From: Candidatus Latescibacterota bacterium
GTDB lineage: Bacteria > Latescibacterota > UBA2968 > UBA8231
NCBI GenBank assembly: GCA_965217585.1
Contig: OZ244561.1
Coordinates: 5,280,001 to 5,344,000 of the forward strand
Length of the DNA: 64,000 nt
Direction: 5' to 3'
Part shown: piece by piece, positions 55,789 through 64,000 of the stretch
How the letters are laid out: each line of letters starts with the position of its first letter
Numbering within the stretch: position 1 is the first letter of the stretch
Notes under the pieces: generated by a model
Seen by the model: only the letters and a program-made list of their open reading frames with translations
Told to the model about the DNA's origin: nothing
Database searches by the model: none
Program-made: the position numbers and the translations under genes

Positions 55789-58575
55789 TTACTGTTCCAC
55801 CCCGGCGTAGATGGTTATGAAGGTAGTGGTGCCAGTCTCGATGGTGGACTTTTTGTCGACCTCCAGATCCATCATCTCGATGGTCTCTAAGGATTTCCTA
55901 GATAGTCGGAACCCTGTCTGTAGCAGTAACACGTACCCTAGGTAATCCGTCGTGGTTGACCACTGAACGGCTAGGTTAGTCTCGTTTAGATCCCCCGTCG
56001 GTCCCACTACGCTCTCCTGGACCAAAGCATCTTCGTCTGCTTTCAATTCTCTTAGCTGCCTGAACTCCGTGCCCATTTCAATCATCGAATACCTCAGCAC
56101 TGGGAATTTGAGGATCACCGACAAGAATCCATCCCATTCCTCGATATCTGCCTCGCGGCGCAAGAATGGTGTGCGCTTCAAGTACTGGCTTTTGAAGCGC
56201 GGCTGAATGCTCAGACCTTCAAATCGGTAGGTATAATCCGCTTTGTTGATAAGCCCGAAAAAGGACGACCTATCGTGGAGCGGACTTCTGTCCAAAGCTC
56301 TGAGATCATCGCTGCGCTGAACGTACAGATCGTATTTGATCGTATTGCGGATGTTCAACTGCGGAATCCGCGTATAGTCGAATCCGATGAACAGGGAATT
56401 CACCCAGGTATCTTGGGCGGGCAGAATATCGGCGACCTTGGCGGGCAGACCCGCCAAGAGAAATCCCTGGGGCGCACGGCGGTCATCGGGGATGGTGTCT
56501 TTGGCTCGTTTTAGCATATCGAACACCCGCAAGCGCCCTAGGCCGGCCCAATTCTCATCCACGGTCACCAGCCCGTAGGTGGTCGTATTCTCTCGCGCGG
56601 AGGAGAGCAGTTCCTCGCGGGTCTGTCCCACGCTCACCCTGACACCCGGGATGACATGAGCGCCGGAATAGGCATTGTAGCCTCTGTGGTCCCTCTTGTA
56701 GGGAAAATCTGGCTCGTCGTCGTTCTCGAAACGGTCAATCCAGTCGTTGTTGTTCAAGTCAATGCCAAAGAGAAATTCCGGCCGGTCGACCTCATACCTG
56801 AGAAAGGGCTCGTCGTAATCGGGGATGCGATTGCTGATTGTCCGATTGTCGTTCTGGTTGAAATCGCTTACGAAGTCGTTGTTTTCGTCCCAGCCGGGGA
56901 AAATGGAAAAATCGGGACCCGGCTGACCGCCTCGCTGCCAATCGGGAGTGCGATCCTGATCGTCGTTGTCTTCGACGAACTCGTAGAAAAACTGGGAAGG
57001 CTGGTCGTAGTTGATATCGCCATTTTGGTTGAGTAGGAAGGAACTAGTGGAGTAGTCGTAGTCCATGGAAAAGGCCTCGCCGAAGAGGAACCAAGGATAA
57101 TCCTGAAAGGAGAGGTTCATCATCCAAGCATCCGCTCGGGTCGAAGCGTCCTCAAAGGAACGGTCGTCGGTAAACAAGGCAAGGTTGGGATACTGCCTGA
57201 ATTTATGGTTGATGTCGTACTCGCCGTAGAAGTTGAAACCTAGGACGTCCTGCGCCTCAATGGTAAAGCCATAAATCTGCGTGGCAGTGGGTAGGCCGTA
57301 GTCGAAAACCAGCCTTCTCCGGTTGGAGCCGTCCTTGGTATTGTCGGGCGCACGGGCGATCTCGAGTAAGACCGGATTCCTCTCGTCGAGGGTCGCTCTG
57401 GTCAGAGGCGCTTCCGGCGGGGTTTCCTGCCCGGTCTGGCGGTCGGACCACACCTCGACTTTGTAGTCGTTGGCCAGTACCAAATCAAAGGTCATTTTTA
57501 CGATCTCAGTCGGGTCGGGACCGATATAGGCCGGATCGTTAAAATCGTAGTTGATGATGATCCGCTGAATGCCGTTGGCCGCCAAGAAACCCTCTTCCCG
57601 AAAACCGCCTTCTATGACTGGCCAGCGCGTTGGATCGTTGGTTAGGTCGGCAAGGCTGAGCGTTTCGCGGATTCCGTTCTGGAAATCTTCGCGCACCACG
57701 ACTAAATCGTGGGAAAAGAGCGCGGTTCCTCCCTCCCCGTCTTCGGGAGAATCATCGCTGAGCACGAGGGCGATAGCGTTGATAGGCACTCTGGCCTGCC
57801 CGTCGCCCAGTGTGCCCTTGGTGGGGTTGCTGTCGAAGGAGCCCAGCGTGGTACGGGTGTTGTGGGCATTGACCCAAGTCGCGCCGACGGTGACGAAATC
57901 GCCCACCTGGGCTAGGGCCCGGCCGCCGATCATATTGGTGGCATTGGTCCGGGTATCGGCACTGGAGACGGACGACCTGACTGGGCTACTAATCCTCGAA
58001 AGGAGGAGCGTGCCAGCGTATTTATCGGCGGCGAAATCTAGCTGAATGCCGTTGAATGCCGGCTTGGAAAAGGTCATGGGGGTGAGCGTGGTGCGTATCT
58101 GATCCCCTGTAGTTATGGAGTAGAGAGCACCGCCTTTTGAATCCGCGGCGATCAACACTTGGTTGAACCAACCCTGATACCTCGAATCTTGGTAGATGGA
58201 ACTGCCCAGAGGGGTCAAGGCTTCCTGACGCCAGTCGTAGATGAGCCATCCCCGGTTGACGAAATTGCCGAACGTGTCGTAGAAATATTCGCCTTCCCGA
58301 GTAGTGTTGACGTAGCGCTCATAGCGATCTCGGGCATAGTTGGAGTATTCCCAAGTCTGGAAGCGGTAATCGTGGTAGAGTTCTTGGGGGACATACCACC
58401 GTTTCACTGTGGGATCAAGGGCATCGAAAAACACCCCTGGTCCCAAGGGTTCAAAGGTGACCTTGCCACCCCTTTGCTGCCCAAGGCGGTTGTTGTAGTC
58501 TTGGGGAAAAGCCGTCGTACTCAAAGCCGCGACTATCCACAGTGCTATCCATACTCTGTAACCTGTATCTACCAT
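55789..58575 (-). CDS. Large exported putative outer-membrane protein (paralog 3 of 3)
   Basis: KRWYVPQELY..Y.F..WEYSNYAR, TTLTPMTFSK, LSDDSPEDG, EDNDDQD, FPGWDENNDFVSDFNQNDN; terminal strand TFITIYAGV. Confidence 0.7.
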   Translation of the reverse strand: MVDTGYRVWIALWIVAALSTTAFPQDYNNRLGQQRGGKVTFEPLGPGVFFDALDPTVKRWYVPQELYHDYRFQTWEYSNYARDRYERYVNTTREGEYFYDTFGNFVNRGWLIYDWRQEALTPLGSSIYQDSRYQGWFNQVLIAADSKGGALYSITTGDQIRTTLTPMTFSKPAFNGIQLDFAADKYAGTLLLSRISSPVRSSVSSADTRTNATNMIGGRALAQVGDFVTVGATWVNAHNTRTTLGSFDSNPTKGTLGDGQARVPINAIALVLSDDSPEDGEGGTALFSHDLVVVREDFQNGIRETLSLADLTNDPTRWPVIEGGFREEGFLAANGIQRIIINYDFNDPAYIGPDPTEIVKMTFDLVLANDYKVEVWSDRQTGQETPPEAPLTRATLDERNPVLLEIARAPDNTKDGSNRRRLVFDYGLPTATQIYGFTIEAQDVLGFNFYGEYDINHKFRQYPNLALFTDDRSFEDASTRADAWMMNLSFQDYPWFLFGEAFSMDYDYSTSSFLLNQNGDINYDQPSQFFYEFVEDNDDQDRTPDWQRGGQPGPDFSIFPGWDENNDFVSDFNQNDNRTISNRIPDYDEPFLRYEVDRPEFLFGIDLNNNDWIDRFENDDEPDFPYKRDHRGYNAYSGAHVIPGVRVSVGQTREELLSSARENTTTYGLVTVDENWAGLGRLRVFDMLKRAKDTIPDDRRAPQGFLLAGLPAKVADILPAQDTWVNSLFIGFDYTRIPQLNIRNTIKYDLYVQRSDDLRALDRSPLHDRSSFFGLINKADYTYRFEGLSIQPRFKSQYLKRTPFLRREADIEEWDGFLSVILKFPVLRYSMIEMGTEFRQLRELKADEDALVQESVVGPTGDLNETNLAVQWSTTTDYLGYVLLLQTGFRLSRKSLETIEMMDLEVDKKSTIETGTTTFITIYAGVEQ

Positions 58576-58634
58576 CAGGTGTCCCTCCCGTTAGCAAGCG
58601 CTTCTCAGAAGCAATCCATACCCCGGTCCAGCCT

Positions 58635-60839
58635 TCAATAGGCCACGCCTATGAGGCCGCTCGCCTCGGCCTTGCCGCCGTCGGTGTCCAAATCAATGTT
58701 GAAAATGTAGAGGCCCGGCGGCACGGTGTTCCCTTGGCCATCGGTACCGTCCCACGTCCTAGTAAAACGACCACTCTGGTCAATCCCGCGATAGACTTCC
58801 CGCACCATGCTGCCGGACAAGTCGTATATCCGCAGCGCTACGCCGGCCCCGCTGATGAGATCGGTGATATCAAAATGTATCTGCGCAATATCGTTGATCT
58901 GATCCCCATTGGGCGTAAAGACTGCTGGTACGGCGTTGACGTTGATCAGCAAGTCCCCTTTTTTCGCCACTTGCACCACCAGATTTCCCGGGTCGCGAAT
59001 GAGAGTGGCATTGGAACTTTCTTGGCTCAAGTAAAAGACATTGCCTCCCACTACCCGTTGTGGAACTTCGCCGGGGGTTTCGGACAGGGCTAGGGGGGAA
59101 AAGGCGGTTCCAGTCCGCAGCACTACGCATTGGAAAACCACTTCCAAGACGGTCATCTGTCCCACTTCTATGCGACTATTCTCTACTTTGGGGAAACTAA
59201 TCTGGAAGCGATCTTCCTCGACCAAATCAATGCGGAAATCCCCGCGTTCCACCGGCAGGTCACTCAGGTCCGAATCCGAGAAATCTTGTTCGAGGCGGGA
59301 TCCATCCGGTAGCGACATGCCAATCCGATCTACTGCGTCCACTTTTACGGGTGTGCTGATTTCGAGGGAACTGAAGCCCTGATCGATTTCGGGCCGCATA
59401 TCGGGAATGAGTGCCAAGGAAAAAGCTGTTTTTTGCCCCAGATCCGCTTGGCGTGGGGTGATCTCTCCCACGATCTCTGCGGCCAGTACCGGCCTGGAAA
59501 AATCGAGGGACAGTGAACCGATGCCTTTGGCCGAAAAGAGATCTTCACTCAAATAATCCACTTTGAACTGAAAGTAACGCCCTGGACCGGGCGAAACGAT
59601 GGGCACTCCGCCCATCCCTGCGGATACTTCATCGGCGCTAGTTATACCCGTAGCCGCATAGGGCGGCGACCAGGCGCTCCAGTTTTCCAAGTCGTCCCGC
59701 ACCGAGCCCTTGTTGCCCGACCTCAGTTTATTGTACTCGGCTTGGGTCAGCGATATCTCATTCCTCCTATCGAGAGGAAGATCTTTGTACAATAGCCGAG
59801 CCCGCTTTATATCGAAATCGGGCGCGTCGAGTTGACTGACGATTTCCCACGCTTGGCTGCCTTCGTCGAATTCATCGGCCGTCTTCCAAGCCACTTCGGC
59901 CCCGTCGAGGTCGCTGCGGAGGCGATTGAACACGACTGGAGAATCATCAAAGCCGCTCCTAGTGCTGATGGGCACTTGGGAGCGGATCGGGTCGCCTTGG
60001 CTTTCTTCCTCCCAGCGCAGATTTCCCCAAAGGGCCAAATTTTCTCCCAGATCGAATATATCCGAATGATACTCCGCCGTGGGCACGAAACCCTCTCCGA
60101 AGACTTGGAACTCTCCTATTTCAAAGCCCACTGTGGTCTGGGATTTTAGCTGGAGATAGCGCACGTACTGGGGCTCTATCTGCACATCTACTACCGGTTG
60201 GTCGTTCTGCAGTACGAGCAGAACGCTGGTGAATACCGGCAGGCCGGCGGCTAGTGTTTCTCGCGTGCCGTCGTTGAGAAAAATCTCATAGGCCCTCATA
60301 TAATCGTCTTGAAAGGGAAAATCAGGAGCGAGAAAATCTGGAGCGGCGTTCCTGGGGAAGAAGCGGATGCGACTCACGCCAAATCGCGCTCCTAGGTCGA
60401 ACTGGAGGACCACGCCCAGCGCCCGGACATTCTGACCAGGAGCGCTTTTCCTTTCAAAGGCCGAGCTGGCATTATTGTCTATCATTTTTAACAGGTCTGT
60501 CGCTAGATCTCTGAGAACAGTGGGCGCGGTTACAGATCCACCTCGGTCTAGCAGTTGTAAGGCGATGTTGTCAGTTTGGTCGGCCTTTTCGGGAAAAATC
60601 CATCCCTCCCGCGCAGAAAAGTCGATAACCCCCCCAGGTACGTTTTCGTTTGTCACCTCCTGGGGCCCTAAGATGATCACCGGATCTAATCCTCCTCCTC
60701 CTTCTTGCCAAGGTCGGCCTTCCTCGCCGCCGAGAATGATCAACTCCTTGGTGGCTCCTGTACCCACAGACCCGTAGACGGAGAGCAAGACCCCTATAAT
60801 CAGATATGAGCGTAAATTCGAACTAAAGTCCGCTTGCAT
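58635..60839 (-). CDS. Secreted FlgD-Ig/CHU_C-like C-terminal domain protein (paralog 4 of 6)
   Basis: DLGARFGVSRIRFFPR, WSAWSPPY, SPGPGRYFQ, VFTPNGDQIND, YDLSG, WDGTD..G..VPPGLY, terminal GVAY. Confidence 0.8.
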   Translation of the reverse strand: MQADFSSNLRSYLIIGVLLSVYGSVGTGATKELIILGGEEGRPWQEGGGGLDPVIILGPQEVTNENVPGGVIDFSAREGWIFPEKADQTDNIALQLLDRGGSVTAPTVLRDLATDLLKMIDNNASSAFERKSAPGQNVRALGVVLQFDLGARFGVSRIRFFPRNAAPDFLAPDFPFQDDYMRAYEIFLNDGTRETLAAGLPVFTSVLLVLQNDQPVVDVQIEPQYVRYLQLKSQTTVGFEIGEFQVFGEGFVPTAEYHSDIFDLGENLALWGNLRWEEESQGDPIRSQVPISTRSGFDDSPVVFNRLRSDLDGAEVAWKTADEFDEGSQAWEIVSQLDAPDFDIKRARLLYKDLPLDRRNEISLTQAEYNKLRSGNKGSVRDDLENWSAWSPPYAATGITSADEVSAGMGGVPIVSPGPGRYFQFKVDYLSEDLFSAKGIGSLSLDFSRPVLAAEIVGEITPRQADLGQKTAFSLALIPDMRPEIDQGFSSLEISTPVKVDAVDRIGMSLPDGSRLEQDFSDSDLSDLPVERGDFRIDLVEEDRFQISFPKVENSRIEVGQMTVLEVVFQCVVLRTGTAFSPLALSETPGEVPQRVVGGNVFYLSQESSNATLIRDPGNLVVQVAKKGDLLINVNAVPAVFTPNGDQINDIAQIHFDITDLISGAGVALRIYDLSGSMVREVYRGIDQSGRFTRTWDGTDGQGNTVPPGLYIFNIDLDTDGGKAEASGLIGVAY

Positions 60840-60880
60840 GGGAGAACCAATCTCTAATTAGATTCGTACAAAACGCCTTG

Positions 60881-62785
60881 TTAATAGGCGACCTGTAGTG
60901 GTTTTACGGCCGCGACCGTTTGGTGGTCGGCCTCGACGGAGACGCGGTATAGGTAGAGTCCCGGCGGCACCAGCCGTCCCGACGCATCGCGACCATCCCA
61001 CACCCGCTCATACGCACCAACCCCATCCAACCCCTCATACACCTGACGAACCCGACGTCCCGACAAGTCCCACACCGCCACCACCACCCAGGACGGACCG
61101 GTCAACTCTACCAAGCGATACCCCAATCCTACTACATCGTTATACTCGTCCCCGTTGGGCGTCAAGACCACCGGTCCTACCCCTATCTGCAACACGTCCT
61201 GATGTTCCGCCCGGGTGGCCACCCACACCCGATTGTCCTCATAGGCGGGCGTAGCATCGCCTTCCTGCACGCTCTGGGGCACCTCCAACGGCAGGGCACT
61301 GTCCCACACCCGCATTGAAAAAGTCGAACCATAGCGCAACACCTCCGCCTCGAAAACCACCTCGACCAAAGCACCCGAATCCTGAGCTGTCAGCCGCGGG
61401 ATACTCACGACCACCCGGTGTAGCTCTGCCACCTCCACTGCATAATCTACCGGCTCATCGCCAATGTGCACTTGGGTTACGGGTCCCAGTCGCGCCGTGG
61501 TGGCCACCTCTAAACGGTCAAAGCCGCCATTAGCAACTCCAATGGTGGGTCGCAGCACGTAGGTAAACTGCTGCGGCTGTCCTACCGTTGCCTCGACCGG
61601 CCAAACCTCGCCGATCAACTGCGTAGCCACCGGTAGGGAAGCGCGCACTTCGAGAAAGTCCACTTGTCCGCCGTCGTCGTCTTGAGGCAGAAAGTCGACC
61701 CTGAGTTGGAGGTAGCGTCGTGGACTCCGCGACACGATGGGGGTGCCACTGCTGTCGGCAAAGGCGTAGGGGGACGACCAGAACGTCCAGTTGGCTTGAT
61801 CGTAGCCGGTGCCGGCTTTTTCGCCTATGGCCAAGTCGGCGTATTCGGAACGGCTGACGGGTATTTTTTCGTCGCCTCGTCCGGTGAAACGCCAGAACAG
61901 GTTGGGATCGTCGTCTTGTCCGGATCGGGTTTGGATGAGGATGCGGGCTTTGGGGTCTTGGTGGCCTGCCCAGCGCAGGTCGCCCCAGGCCATCGGTTGG
62001 CCAAAATCGAGAATGTTCGAGATGTACGTGGATTGTTCGACAAAGCCCTTGGCGTAGATTTCTATCTCGTGGACATCCCAGTTCTCGTTGTGCTCGCCGA
62101 TAGTGACTTGGACAAAACCTGCTTTATCGTACGGTGGGATGGGGATGTCGAGGATTTGCTCTCGGTTGTCCCGCACCTCAATGATCGAAGGCACGTAGGG
62201 ATGGGGGTGCTGGTACACAGCTTGGCGGGGCTGCTCTTCGTTGAGGTGGATGCGGATGGACCGTACTGTTTTACTCGGGTCAGTCAACCCGGATATAACC
62301 CGGATCCGGTCGATGAGATGGAGGGTACCTAGTTTGATATTGGCTGTGCCCGGGGTGCCGAAATCGTCGACGCATCTAAGGAAGTAATTTCTTTCCTCGA
62401 ATTCGGCGCACAGGTACCGGTCCGCCACCCAGAAAGTGCTGGTGTCCCCATCCCATACCTGCCCGTTCGTTTGCTTTCGAATATAGCTTCCCCCCCCTTC
62501 CTCAATTCCGGGGGCTATATTAAAGGTAGGATCTCGTTTTAGAGCTCGAATGGCCGCGGCTTCTATATCCAGATCAACCGTCTCTCCGCCTAGGGAAGGA
62601 TTGAGATCGGCCCAGCTTAGCTGGATAAATTCCACCTCTTCGCTGTCTACTTCTGGAGGTGGATCCAGCGCTTCGCCACCAAAGCGGAAGATGACCAGCC
62701 CAGAGGCCTCGTCTGCCAAAAAACCAACCCAAAAACAGAAAAGCCAGATCAGGGTACAAAAGAATGGAGCCGTCCTCATTGACAT
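60881..62785 (-). CDS. Secreted FlgD-Ig/CHU_C-like C-terminal domain protein (paralog 5 of 6)
   Basis: WDGDTSTFW, YISNILDFG..WG.L.W, TRSG.DD.P, WTFWSSPY, SPRRYLQ, LTPNGDEYND, WDGRD, VPPGLY, terminal QVAY. Confidence 0.8.
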   Translation of the reverse strand: MSMRTAPFFCTLIWLFCFWVGFLADEASGLVIFRFGGEALDPPPEVDSEEVEFIQLSWADLNPSLGGETVDLDIEAAAIRALKRDPTFNIAPGIEEGGGSYIRKQTNGQVWDGDTSTFWVADRYLCAEFEERNYFLRCVDDFGTPGTANIKLGTLHLIDRIRVISGLTDPSKTVRSIRIHLNEEQPRQAVYQHPHPYVPSIIEVRDNREQILDIPIPPYDKAGFVQVTIGEHNENWDVHEIEIYAKGFVEQSTYISNILDFGQPMAWGDLRWAGHQDPKARILIQTRSGQDDDPNLFWRFTGRGDEKIPVSRSEYADLAIGEKAGTGYDQANWTFWSSPYAFADSSGTPIVSRSPRRYLQLRVDFLPQDDDGGQVDFLEVRASLPVATQLIGEVWPVEATVGQPQQFTYVLRPTIGVANGGFDRLEVATTARLGPVTQVHIGDEPVDYAVEVAELHRVVVSIPRLTAQDSGALVEVVFEAEVLRYGSTFSMRVWDSALPLEVPQSVQEGDATPAYEDNRVWVATRAEHQDVLQIGVGPVVLTPNGDEYNDVVGLGYRLVELTGPSWVVVAVWDLSGRRVRQVYEGLDGVGAYERVWDGRDASGRLVPPGLYLYRVSVEADHQTVAAVKPLQVAY

Positions 62786-62823
62786 GTACCTCGCAAATCT
62801 CGGACGCCGGTCTTACGCATCCC

Positions 62824-64000
62824 TCAGTACGCTACATGGACCACCCGCTGCACAAAAGTATTATCGGCCGAGCCAGAATCCACATCCACCTTTACCCTCG
62901 CCAAGTATATCCCCGGAGGAACTGGCTCGCCCAAATGATCCTTGCCATCCCACCGAAAGACATAATTGCCGCGAGGATCTGGACGGCGTTCCTCTATCCG
63001 GTTGGTCTCAAACCCACTCAGGTCGTAAACGGTCAGAGTCACCGGTCTCTCAGCACCCACCCGCGCTACGCCGAAGCTGAATACCAGCTCATCGTTGACG
63101 CCGTCCCCATTGGGCGTGAATACTCGCGACCCCAGTCTGAAATCCCTAATAATTTCGGTCCCCCTGAGAGCTAGGACGGTGACGGTCTGGCTGCTGACCA
63201 GTTCCGTGGGATCGCCCTCGTCAACTCGCTGCCAGAATCCAGGTACGGCGGAATTCTGTACCAGGGCTCCAAAGGAGGCACTATTGCCGAATATGGTGGC
63301 GCGAAACCGGATCTGAACTAGTTCCGTTCCGCCGCCAATTTTCTCGTCTAAGCGGAACCTGATGGAGCCGGCTGGCGCATCGGTCAGAGTCAGATCCGCC
63401 GGTGCGTAGTTAGTGGTTTGTCCGCTCTCGAAATTATCCTTGCTTCCCGTCCGCACTTCGAGCAACTCCATTGCAGTACCCGCCGTGGCTTCTAAGGTGA
63501 TCTCGTCGAAACCTTGATCTGTCGCAGTGAAATCGGGCCGGATGAAGTAAGAGAATTCCTCAGGGGTGCCCACGGTCTCAATTCGGGTGGGCCATACTTC
63601 TCCCACCAGCCGATCAGCAACTGGATCTGAGGTGTTGATGGCAATGGAGCGGAGGGTGGCACCCGCGTCCGACCTATCCGTGAGCAATATGAGCCGAATT
63701 TCCATAAACTGTCTGGGACTGGGGGATTTGATCGCTTCCCCGGACCGAGTGTACGGCACACTCCACGTGCTCCAGTCGTCGCCCGGTTTGAATGTGCTGG
63801 TGATATCGCCCTTTTTGGACTTAGGCAGCTTTTTGTAGCGCTTCTCGGTGACGACCTTGCCCTTGGAATCGTGGAAGATCTTCTCTTCTATCAACTCATT
63901 GCCCGTCCGGGTCTGCAGCTGGACCTGGGTCCCAGTCGGCGTATCCGCCTCCCACTCGACGGAAATCAGGTTCTTAGGTTCGTTAAATTGAATTAGATCC
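62824..64000 (-). CDS. Secreted FlgD-Ig/CHU_C-like C-terminal domain protein (paralog 6 of 6), 5' end outside window
   Basis: Frame open to the window edge; WSTWSVPY, SPSPRQFME, LVGEVWP, GFDEI, VFTPNGDGVND, WDGKD, VPPGIY, terminal HVAY. Confidence 0.8.
   Translation of the reverse strand, partial: DLIQFNEPKNLISVEWEADTPTGTQVQLQTRTGNELIEEKIFHDSKGKVVTEKRYKKLPKSKKGDITSTFKPGDDWSTWSVPYTRSGEAIKSPSPRQFMEIRLILLTDRSDAGATLRSIAINTSDPVADRLVGEVWPTRIETVGTPEEFSYFIRPDFTATDQGFDEITLEATAGTAMELLEVRTGSKDNFESGQTTNYAPADLTLTDAPAGSIRFRLDEKIGGGTELVQIRFRATIFGNSASFGALVQNSAVPGFWQRVDEGDPTELVSSQTVTVLALRGTEIIRDFRLGSRVFTPNGDGVNDELVFSFGVARVGAERPVTLTVYDLSGFETNRIEERRPDPRGNYVFRWDGKDHLGEPVPPGIYLARVKVDVDSGSADNTFVQRVVHVAY

Noticed and set aside
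60881-61400. G/T-rich 3' end as a DGR variable region
   Set aside because: Both A and C are reduced over about 500 nt, and no near-identical template repeat or RT is present; kept only as a skew observation
16-64000. Many long antisense or alternative-frame ORFs (e.g. 16-615, 1055-1747, 4490-5356, 23638-24582, 35591-36745, 37210-38253, 42359-43327)
   Set aside because: They overlap well-supported genes, are Arg/Pro/Ala-rich and carry no recognisable motifs; expected shadow ORFs in GC-rich DNA
1-64000. CRISPR arrays, tRNA or rRNA genes, known riboswitches
   Set aside because: No regularly spaced repeats or recognisable RNA gene signatures seen by eye; intergenic gaps are mostly short. A covariance-model search was not possible

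Overview
Bacterial chromosomal window, mostly GC-rich. The gene content (expanded FlgD/CHU_C-type C-terminal-domain proteins, DUF6785-like transporters, a C-terminal WGRIK-motif protein) suggests a Latescibacterota/Poribacteria-type lineage; this is inference only. Three zones are visible. (1) 1-6227: housekeeping and envelope genes (partial pcm, GT9, a stand-alone rplC with its own terminator, HIT, GT2, MFS-HEAT fusion, TIM barrel). (2) About 6238-19962: a lower-GC putative defence island with a HamA-like PD-(D/E)XK protein, a chimeric SNF2 helicase, a sacsin-type GHKL ATPase/HNH-like gene and an MNT/HEPN-like pair. The ATPase gene is split by three different IS elements (a cargo-carrying IS1595, ISAs1, IS630); removing them by hand restores one open 1004-codon frame. 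(3) About 20000-64000: two gene clusters with the same syntax, together holding six paralogous secreted proteins with FlgD/T9SS-type-B-like C-termini and three paralogous ~900-aa putative outer-membrane proteins with Ca-binding-like loops. Four DUF6785-like permeases, a SurA/PrsA-like foldase and three GT-C glycosyltransferases lie in or between these clusters. This is a candidate undescribed envelope export/uptake system. No rRNA, tRNA or CRISPR array was seen. All family assignments come from motif recognition by eye, not database searches.
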